Source of the DNA: a virus
Taxonomy: Duplodnaviria; Caudoviricetes
Virus record (IMG/VR): IMGVR_UViG_3300031992_000038
Span: 1-64,000 of that record
Direction: 5' to 3' (one strand)
Length of the DNA: 64,000 nucleotides
A model generated the notes under the pieces. It had not been told where the DNA came from, made no database searches, and saw nothing but the letters and a program-made list of their open reading frames with translations. The position numbers and the translations under genes are program-made. Of this stretch, positions 1 through 7,416 are shown in pieces; the stretch's first letter is position 1, and every line of letters begins with the position of its first letter.

Positions 1-216
1 ATAATGTGCAGTTAATCAATGTTGGCGCAATCCGAAATGGCCGGCCGCCACGCCTACACCGTCCGCCGGACGGCACGCTTGACACGCCGTTTGTCGCTCG
101 CTGTCATATGTCGGGTATAGACCCACACACTGAAGGCAATCGTGCCAGATGAACATATGCCAACCTCAATATTAAATATATCGGAAACCGCACTTTCTTA
201 CAAGGCTAAAGCAAAA

Positions 217-244
217 ATCGCCTCCATTTCTGAATGGGGGCGAT
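217..244 (-). terminator. Intrinsic terminator of the minus-strand head-gene operon
   Basis: Inverted repeat ATCGCCTCCATT-tctg-AATGGGGGCGAT preceded by an A-run (U-tract on the minus strand), just downstream of ORF 284..715. Confidence 0.6.
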
Positions 245-283
245 GTAATGTAAAATATTGGGTTTTTCGTGCCGCGCGAAGCG

Positions 284-715
284 TCATTTTGGCCACATGA
301 TGATGCATGTGTCGTAGCGTTCAAACGGAACGTCGACAGAACCGGCGGCCATTGCCTTGATATATCCGGATATGACCATGCCGTCGTCGTATGATATTTC
401 TATGTCCCACACTTTGGACATCGGATATCCTTCCTTGTCACGTTCACCCAATATATTCAGTTCACCGCCAAGCGACTCAATGACTGACGCGTAGTCGTCA
501 ACGCACTGCCAGTGGTCGTCTTTGTACAGTCTTGAGTCGATACGGTACTCGTGCACCTTCTTGTATATGCGGTTTATCCTCGCCCGGACAGTCTTTGGGC
601 GTCTTCCGACGAACTTCGACACCTCCCGGTTTGCCAGGTCGTCGGACAGTGACTCGTTTATCCGGTTCATCACTTCTTTCGACACGGCACTGACGATATT
701 ATCCAACGTTCTCAT
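284..715 (-). CDS. Hypothetical protein with leader-like N-terminus
   Basis: 143 aa; N-terminus IVSAVSKEVMNRINES resembles the recurrent leader; 4-bp overlap with the protease gene. Confidence 0.7.
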   Translation of the reverse strand: MRTLDNIVSAVSKEVMNRINESLSDDLANREVSKFVGRRPKTVRARINRIYKKVHEYRIDSRLYKDDHWQCVDDYASVIESLGGELNILGERDKEGYPMSKVWDIEISYDDGMVISGYIKAMAAGSVDVPFERYDTCIIMWPK

Positions 716-1428
716 CCTCTAAGAATTGAGTCTACCTTTTTTATTCTTTCCATGAGCGAGTCACCGCTTTTCGAACGCGACTCGATATATGGGGTCAGTT
801 CCTCCCTTGTCCTTTTGATGTATGCCGAACTTGTTGAAGGCTCAAGCACGACATCCCAACACACCAGGTCAAGGTCGTCACCCACATACAGCGCGTCGAA
901 ACGTTTCTCGACCGAACCGAGCGCTCTTGACGACACGCCGACAAGAAGGTTGTCTATCAGCATGCACGCCACAAGGTCCCCGCTTGTCGAGCACACGCCA
1001 TACCTGCGGAATCCCGGTGAAAGATGGAGCTCCATCTCACCGACTAGCGTCCTGCCCTCCCAGTTCAGGTTGAGTATGTTGTGCGAGATGTCATGCCCGC
1101 TCAGCGCGCTTGACGAAGGATGGTCCAGCGAACCGACTGCGCATCTTGTCTCGACGCGCTCCTTGATGTACCTGTCAACTTCCCTGCGGAGAACATCCTC
1201 GGGGTATATCCGTCCGTTGGCGTTCTTTATTCCATATTTCTGGAACACGGCGGACACGACGAAATGGTCCGGTATCACAAACTGCTTGTTTGAACCTATG
1301 TCCTCGTTTATCTGTTTTACTGTGTCAGAGTTGGCTATGATGTGGCCGTCGCGTTCTATCAGCAGACCGCTCCCGGATTCACCGGCCTTAACCTCCCTGA
1401 TATCTGTTAGATTGTCAAATCTTGTCAT
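712..1428 (-). CDS. Prohead core protease (T4 gp21-like)
   Basis: Motifs KNANGRIYP, GSLDHP, GVSSRALGSV and WDVVLEPS. Start taken at ATG 1428 because the TATTTAT motif overlaps the ORF-track start at 1476. Confidence 0.9.
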   Translation of the reverse strand: MTRFDNLTDIREVKAGESGSGLLIERDGHIIANSDTVKQINEDIGSNKQFVIPDHFVVSAVFQKYGIKNANGRIYPEDVLRREVDRYIKERVETRCAVGSLDHPSSSALSGHDISHNILNLNWEGRTLVGEMELHLSPGFRRYGVCSTSGDLVACMLIDNLLVGVSSRALGSVEKRFDALYVGDDLDLVCWDVVLEPSTSSAYIKRTREELTPYIESRSKSGDSLMERIKKVDSILRG

Positions 1429-1491
1429 TTTTCCGTCAGAATTTATGAATGAATGGCACACTTTGGCGCCATTCAATAAATATAGGCGGAA

Positions 1492-1926
1492 TTAGCATTT
1501 TTCCATCATCTCAAAGCCTGACTTCGTGAATTTGTCGATCAGCATGGTGTTAAGCATCTTCACCAGCGGCCTTGACGAATCGACATTGTCCGCCATTGTG
1601 GTGAATGCCTTCTTCGGTTTGAGATAAAGCGAGTATTTGACGTTTGACCATTTTCCGGTCGACAGGCTTCCCTCGCTGAACTCGATGTCACACAACATCC
1701 GGTCGTCGAAGTGCTCGGAAGAGCGGACAACGCGCTCGGCCGCCTCCATGAATGCCGGTTTGATCCCGCACACACACTGCGAATAGTCTGACATCCGCGT
1801 CTGCGGACGTATCTTGCCTTTGACCTTGACATATATCACCTCAGGCGATATGTCGTTCATCACACTTACGGTGGCAGAGAACACTTTGCCGACACCGTCA
1901 ATCGGTACATTCTGATATTTTGGCAT
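1492..1926 (-). CDS. Hypothetical protein
   Basis: 144-aa ORF with ATG start in the head-gene cluster. Confidence 0.7.
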   Translation of the reverse strand: MPKYQNVPIDGVGKVFSATVSVMNDISPEVIYVKVKGKIRPQTRMSDYSQCVCGIKPAFMEAAERVVRSSEHFDDRMLCDIEFSEGSLSTGKWSNVKYSLYLKPKKAFTTMADNVDSSRPLVKMLNTMLIDKFTKSGFEMMEKC

Positions 1927-2004
1927 AAAAAATGTGGTATATCATATAGACATACCACAAAATAAAGAAAATTCAAAAAGACTTAATGTTAAGAAAAGTT
2001 AAAA

Positions 2005-2601
2005 TCAGTCAAAACGTGGTGAAGTGAATGGTCTTGTCCTAAACGACGCCGCCTTTTTTGTCCTGTCCGGTTTTTCTGAAGGTGCTGATGTTTCTTCGCC
2101 GTCACCGAGAATGTCGTCGCGCCTCACCGACTCATTGGTCTCGTCGGCGTCGTCCGAACCGTCCTCGGCGTTGCTGAGCAGTTCACCCATCTCCCCTTGG
2201 GGAATTCCTTCGGCCGTCTGTTTGAGTATCATTCCGGCCACATACTTGGAGAGGTCGGTGTCCGGCTGCGGAAGGCTCTGGTTATACGACCGCAGCGACT
2301 GCGACAGTTTACCTGTCAGTTGCTGGATGAAGCGTTTCGGGTCGGTCTCCTCGTCAGCCTCGACTCCGGGGTCGAAGTTCGTGTCGTACGGGTTGAAACC
2401 GTCGTCGGCGCCACCAGGTGGAGGAAGCATTCCATCCTGTCCCTGGTTTCCGCCGAACGGATCGGCGCCGCCTGCCATGTCCATACCTCCGAAGTCAGGA
2501 CCCGTCATGTCCTGTGGCACGCCGGGTCCGGGAATTCCTTGTCCGCCCATACCGTCGCCGGGCATCATTCCGGCGTCAGGCGCTGACGGCACCTTCAGCA
2601 C
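2005..2601 (-). CDS. Gly/Pro/Asp-rich protein; probably the frameshift extension of 2613..4037
   Basis: Weak GTG start; the frame is open back to the A9 run ending the upstream gene, in its -1 frame. Confidence 0.65.
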   Translation of the reverse strand: MLKVPSAPDAGMMPGDGMGGQGIPGPGVPQDMTGPDFGGMDMAGGADPFGGNQGQDGMLPPPGGADDGFNPYDTNFDPGVEADEETDPKRFIQQLTGKLSQSLRSYNQSLPQPDTDLSKYVAGMILKQTAEGIPQGEMGELLSNAEDGSDDADETNESVRRDDILGDGEETSAPSEKPDRTKKAASFRTRPFTSPRFD

Positions 2602-2612
2602 TTTTCTCTCAG

Positions 2613-4037
2613 TCAGTCTTTTTTTTTAACTGCGTCAAAAATTGAATCCGTGATGACGTCGATGACCTTCTCGGTGTATGGGTCACCGTTTCCGATCTTG
2701 TTTCCGTAAGGAGAGTTTCCTTTGGTCGAGTCGTCGTTCCAGTCCTTTCCGAACCTGTCTGGCATATTGTGGTTCGGGTATGTCATCGGCTCCTTGCGGT
2801 ATGCCGGATGTTTACCAAAGTCATTCAGCACAACCTCGTATATCCTCTCTCCTCCTTTGCGGCCGCGTGATTCATAGAAGTCTGTGTCATCCAAGTATCC
2901 GTCATCATCATCACCTGAAGTCAACGAATTCACGAGTTCCCTCCATTTTGCATCATCACTGACATCCTCGATACCTTTAAGATTTTGTTCATAGCCAGGT
3001 TCAGCTTCCGGGAACGGCACATCATCATCATATTCTTCATCATCGTCCGGATCGAGGTCGCTCAACTCATCGTCGGTGTAGTCTTCGTCTTTGTCCGGGA
3101 CCTCGTCAAACCCCTCGACGTCGTCAGGGTCTACGTCCTCTGATTCTGTCATGTAAGGATCTCCGTTACCGACATCGCCGGTACCGGTTCTCGGGAAATT
3201 CTGGTCGTCGGTGTTGTGCACGGCCTTCTCTTCCTTGATCGGGTCGGTGTCCGCTTCGCCCTGGTTGCTTTCGCTGCCGAGTTCGTCCGTGTACGGCGCA
3301 GAACTGCCTACGCTTGTCTCATTCCTCTTGTCCATGTAGTTGTCGGCGTGACGGTTCCATGCCAGCACCTGTTCCTCTGTCAGTTTCACGGTCTTTCCCT
3401 CGGCCACGGTTCCCTTGATGTCGTATCCGTCAGACTTGTCGGCTTTGGGTTTTTCAGTGTAAGGCGATGCTCCTTTTGTCTTAGCACCTTTTTTGTCCGG
3501 AGACTCTGTGTATGTGTCACTGGCGGGACCGTTTTCCGGTTTCTCACCCTTGTCACCGGTGGTTCCGACATAAGTGGTTTCCGCTTCCTTTCCCTCCTCT
3601 ATGAGGATGGAATTGTTCACAATCTGGTTGAAACGGTCAATCTCGTTGCGCATCTCCTTTGTCTCGTTGATCTGCCACTCGGCCGGTTTGACCGTATGGA
3701 ACTGCTCGATGACCTTCTTGCTGCCGCACGACTCGTTGATTTCCTTCATCAGCACGTCGAACTGCTTCGATGCCACAGAGTATGTCGTGTACTCATTGGC
3801 CTTTTTGTTCATGTAACCGCCTATGTAGTCGTAATCCTCGGCCAAAATCTCAGTGTCCTTTTTCGGGGCGACCTTGATGTAGAACTTGTTGCATTCGCGC
3901 AGTATTCCGTAGGTCTTTCCGTCCGCCGCCTTTACGTGGTACTCGACGACAGGAGCGCCTGACGACTTACTTGTGTCGTTGCCGAAGTTGATCAACTTCT
4001 GCATCCTCTTTATTTCGCCATCATAAATTTTGCTCAT
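2613..4037 (-). CDS. Acidic prohead core/scaffold-like protein
   Basis: 474 aa, very D/E-rich, many (L/I)xE sites (INE, IEE, LTE, IKE); near the protease; TATTTAT motif at 4084-4090. Function is inferred. Confidence 0.6.
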   Translation of the reverse strand: MSKIYDGEIKRMQKLINFGNDTSKSSGAPVVEYHVKAADGKTYGILRECNKFYIKVAPKKDTEILAEDYDYIGGYMNKKANEYTTYSVASKQFDVLMKEINESCGSKKVIEQFHTVKPAEWQINETKEMRNEIDRFNQIVNNSILIEEGKEAETTYVGTTGDKGEKPENGPASDTYTESPDKKGAKTKGASPYTEKPKADKSDGYDIKGTVAEGKTVKLTEEQVLAWNRHADNYMDKRNETSVGSSAPYTDELGSESNQGEADTDPIKEEKAVHNTDDQNFPRTGTGDVGNGDPYMTESEDVDPDDVEGFDEVPDKDEDYTDDELSDLDPDDDEEYDDDVPFPEAEPGYEQNLKGIEDVSDDAKWRELVNSLTSGDDDDGYLDDTDFYESRGRKGGERIYEVVLNDFGKHPAYRKEPMTYPNHNMPDRFGKDWNDDSTKGNSPYGNKIGNGDPYTEKVIDVITDSIFDAVKKKD

Positions 4038-4097
4038 GATTGAACTGTATATCCTTAAAAATTTGTTATTTTCTATTTACCAAATAAATAGTGCGGT

Positions 4098-4877
4098 TCA
4101 CCGGATTGAATTGACCGAGTCATATGTCTTGTTGACCCAATCCCACAATTTGTCGAGGTATCCCTCTCTCCGCAGCACCTTCCATATGATGTTTCCGCTG
4201 CTCATCTCCCTCGCCTTTGAGGACAGGCCGCTCTTGCGGAGGTTCTTGAGCCGGTCGAATATCTTGATCAGGTTGTCACATGACTTTTTCTTCGGGGCGT
4301 CGCTCTTCGACCTCCTTATCCTGCGGATCTCGTCGTCGATGTCCGTCATGTATTTCGCGGCGGTGTCCTTGATGTATGTGGTGTTCAACCTGGCGTCCGA
4401 CAGGTCCTCAGGTTCACTCACCCATTTGTTGTCCTCAAGCGAGAACACGCCGGAGGATTTTGACGGTTCACCGGAATCCTCAACCGAAATCTCGACCGGA
4501 TAACCGTATATCTTGAGCGATTCGTGCGAGTCTGACCACTCATTCTTCTTGGCGCTGAAATAATCCTTGACAAACTCTTTCCTGCGGTCCCACACTTTCG
4601 AGAAGTCCACGACCACATGCAGGTCAATGTCAGAATACTCGGACCAGTTATAATTGGCCAGCGAACCGGTGAACACAATGTCCTTCGGTTTCACCCACGG
4701 CACAGCAAGCGTGTCGACAAAGTCCCAAGCCATGTCAAGCAGCGCCCTTCGGACGTTCGGCTTGAGTCTGTCGCCGTCCCACAGCTTGCCGTTAAGTTTG
4801 TCCTTCACGGCAAACGAGTCGAGTCTTACTTCGTCTGACTCCACCTCATTGATTATTTCTGTGTCAAGTTCTAACAT
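4098..4877 (-). CDS. Pol-beta superfamily nucleotidyltransferase
   Basis: GSLANYNWSEYSDIDLHVV fits the GS-x-DxD motif; third acidic residue region VEISVE. Confidence 0.8.
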   Translation of the reverse strand: MLELDTEIINEVESDEVRLDSFAVKDKLNGKLWDGDRLKPNVRRALLDMAWDFVDTLAVPWVKPKDIVFTGSLANYNWSEYSDIDLHVVVDFSKVWDRRKEFVKDYFSAKKNEWSDSHESLKIYGYPVEISVEDSGEPSKSSGVFSLEDNKWVSEPEDLSDARLNTTYIKDTAAKYMTDIDDEIRRIRRSKSDAPKKKSCDNLIKIFDRLKNLRKSGLSSKAREMSSGNIIWKVLRREGYLDKLWDWVNKTYDSVNSIR

Positions 4878-4925
4878 TACTCAAAAATAAATAACGCGTT
4901 CTTTGGTAATTCAGAAAAAAAACAT

Positions 4926-4933
4926 TACCTTTG
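4926..4933 (+). promoter_or_regulatory. Bacteroidota-type -7 element TAnnTTTG (representative site)
   Basis: Also at 15574, 20571, 27216, 31311, 49174, 59633, 60838 and 62627, each upstream of non-structural genes. Confidence 0.75.
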
Positions 4934-4958
4934 CGCCGTAAAAATAGACATAAAGCAT

Positions 4959-6056
4959 ATGAACACTTCAAACCCTCACATCATCGTGCCGAGGCCAAGG
5001 GAGATAGTGGCATACCTGGACGAGCACGTTGTCGGACAGTCTGCCGCCAAACGTACACTCGCCGCGTCGGTGTTCAACCATTACAAGAGAGTCCTGATAA
5101 ACAAGTACGGCGCTGGCGACACGTCCGACGAGTCACTCGCCGACGTCACAGTGGACAAGTCAAACATATTGATGGCCGGGCATACAGGCACCGGCAAGAC
5201 ATACATGGTAAAGATGATTTCCAAGGCGATAGGAATACCGTGCTATGTCGCGGATTCGACGAAGATAACAGAGAGCGGATATGTCGGGGACGATGTCGAG
5301 TCAATACTTGTCGGCCTGCTTCAGCAGTGCGGGTACAACATAGACCTTGCGGAGATGGGCATTGTCGTGCTTGACGAGATCGACAAGATAGGCCGAAAGT
5401 CGGACAACCCGTCCATCACAAGGGACGTCGGCGGCGAGGGAGTGCAGCAAGGACTGCTAAAGATTGTCGAGGGCAGCGTTGTCGGAGTTCCCCCGAACGG
5501 AGGGCGCAAACATCCGGAGCAGCCACTCGTTTATGTGGACACAACGGACATACTGTTCATCGGAATGGGGGCGTTTGACGGTCTTGACAACATCATAGAG
5601 CGCAGAATGAACCGGAAATCAGTCGGGTACAACCGTGTCGACACGTCCGGATGCGACGGGAATCCTCTATCCCATGTGACGCCTGACGACCTCAAGAAGT
5701 TCGGAATGATACCTGAACTCATCGGCCGCTTCCCGGTGATGACCTACACGGACAACCTGACAGAGGATGACATGTACCGCATACTTACCGTTCCGAAGAA
5801 CAACATAATCAGCCAATACAGGAAACTGTTCTCGGTCGACAACATCAACCTCACATTCACGGACGAAGCGATAAGGAATGTGGCGTCGGCGACCATGCGC
5901 CTCGGAATAGGGGCAAGAGGGATACGCGGTGTCATGGAGAAAATAATGTCAGACGTCACGTTTGACACAGAACCGGGCGGTGATTTCACCGTAGACGTGA
6001 AATATGTGTCGGAACGGATAGAAAAAATGGCGCCGATGCTGACAAAGGCCGCATAA
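4959..6056 (+). CDS. clpX: ClpX-like AAA+ ATPase lacking the N-terminal zinc-binding domain
   Basis: [16 protein letters not shown] pore loop, [33 protein letters not shown]. Confidence 0.93.
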   Translation: MNTSNPHIIVPRPREIVAYLDEHVVGQSAAKRTLAASVFNHYKRVLINKYGAGDTSDESLADVTVDKSNILMAGHTGTGKTYMVKMISKAIGIPCYVADSTKITESGYVGDDVESILVGLLQQCGYNIDLAEMGIVVLDEIDKIGRKSDNPSITRDVGGEGVQQGLLKIVEGSVVGVPPNGGRKHPEQPLVYVDTTDILFIGMGAFDGLDNIIERRMNRKSVGYNRVDTSGCDGNPLSHVTPDDLKKFGMIPELIGRFPVMTYTDNLTEDDMYRILTVPKNNIISQYRKLFSVDNINLTFTDEAIRNVASATMRLGIGARGIRGVMEKIMSDVTFDTEPGGDFTVDVKYVSERIEKMAPMLTKAA

Positions 6057-6125
6057 GTAGAACCGCTTGCCTGTTGCTGAACGACGCCGATATTAAATAG
6101 CACGACAAAGACAAATACACAAACA

Positions 6126-7169
6126 ATGAAAAAAGTGAGATTATATGGGTTCTGTGGTAGGAAAAGAAGCGGAAAGACCACATTGGCCAATATGATGGCA
6201 GAAAACGTAAGACCCGTCAAGATAGTATCTTTTGCTGACCCGCTCAAGGAACTTGTGTGCGAGATACTTGATGTGAACATCCGTGAGCTGGACACGATGA
6301 AGGCGAGCGGTGTAGAAATAGACGGCACAATGCGTGACCGTGTGACTGACATTGTCCACAGGCACACACTCATACCGATAAGCGACATCGTGGACAAGGT
6401 CGGACAACTCCGCCTGCGCACGGTCAGGGATTATCTGCAGGAGATAGGCACTGACCTGATAAGGAAGTGCGACCCTGACTGGCACGTCAACAGGATAAGG
6501 GGCAAGGTCGATCACCTCATCAAGAGCGGACACTGTGTCGTGATAGACGACGTGAGGTTCACGAATGAAAAGGACATGATAGAAGACATGGGCGGCGAAT
6601 GCTTCTTCGTCGTCCGTCCGGACTGCATAGACGTCTCAAACCATGTGTCCGAGACAAATCTGAGATGGCAAATGTTCGACAGCGAGCACATCATCATCAA
6701 CGACAGAAGCCTCGCCAATCTTTCAGACGCCCTTCGCACATCCATTGAAGACCCTTGTAACTGCTGGAACTCGTTGACGGTCGCCGACCGCATGGACATT
6801 TTCGGATACCGCATGCCTTCTGACAAGGAATGGGGATGCGCACTGACGGACAAAATGCATGCTGACGAGTGGCTCGTGTCGCTGATGGGGATGGGGGAGA
6901 GCGGGTATTACGCGATGAACATACCGGTAAGGTCACGCGAGGACGCTTCGAAACTGATGGGCAAGTTCCATTCGAGGTTCCAGAAGACAAGCAAATACGG
7001 GGACAACATAGGGTATGTGACCGTGATGTGCCCGCTAATTATCGAAAACTTAAAACTGCATCTTGGAAATGGGAACAAAACGGAAGAAACCGTCACAGAC
7101 AGTTGGGACGCTGGACGAATACATCAAGGCGAACCGGGCCGCGAGCCGGACAGAGGAGATGGAACTTAA
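6126..7169 (+). CDS. Deoxynucleoside monophosphate kinase with C-terminal extension
   Basis: GFCGRKRSGKTT, SFADPLK, LQEIGTDLIR, VIDDVRFTNE, HVSE. Confidence 0.85.
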   Translation: MKKVRLYGFCGRKRSGKTTLANMMAENVRPVKIVSFADPLKELVCEILDVNIRELDTMKASGVEIDGTMRDRVTDIVHRHTLIPISDIVDKVGQLRLRTVRDYLQEIGTDLIRKCDPDWHVNRIRGKVDHLIKSGHCVVIDDVRFTNEKDMIEDMGGECFFVVRPDCIDVSNHVSETNLRWQMFDSEHIIINDRSLANLSDALRTSIEDPCNCWNSLTVADRMDIFGYRMPSDKEWGCALTDKMHADEWLVSLMGMGESGYYAMNIPVRSREDASKLMGKFHSRFQKTSKYGDNIGYVTVMCPLIIENLKLHLGNGNKTEETVTDSWDAGRIHQGEPGREPDRGDGT

Positions 7170-7416
7170 CGGCTGGCGATGGAAGGCGAAGGACAGGCCG
7201 CACAAGAACAAGAAGAAGTATGACAGAAAAAGGGACCGCCGAGTGATTCTCGACAGTCCCTTTCCTATTATTATGCTGAACCGGTGTCTTTATGCCTTCA
7301 CGACCTCATACACCTTCACGCCGTCCTCGACCGACTCGTTCACGGTGTACCCGTCCTCGAGCAGGTTGACCGGACCGTTCGGTTCGCCATACGAAACCAT
7401 CGGGTTGAACCCATAG
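7069..7416 (+). CDS. Small basic protein; candidate ArfA/BrfA-like ribosome rescue factor
   Basis: First ~55 aa: YIKANRAASRTEEM...HKNKKKYDRKRDRR. No stop before a terminator hairpin; the rest of the frame is antisense to the fibre gene. Confidence 0.5.
   Translation: MGTKRKKPSQTVGTLDEYIKANRAASRTEEMELNGWRWKAKDRPHKNKKKYDRKRDRRVILDSPFPIIMLNRCLYAFTTSYTFTPSSTDSFTVYPSSSRLTGPFGSPYETIGLNP
7229..7263. terminator. Terminator hairpin between convergent genes
   Basis: AAAGGGAC...GTCCCTTT stem, fully paired with GU wobbles and followed by U5 on the minus strand. Confidence 0.7.
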
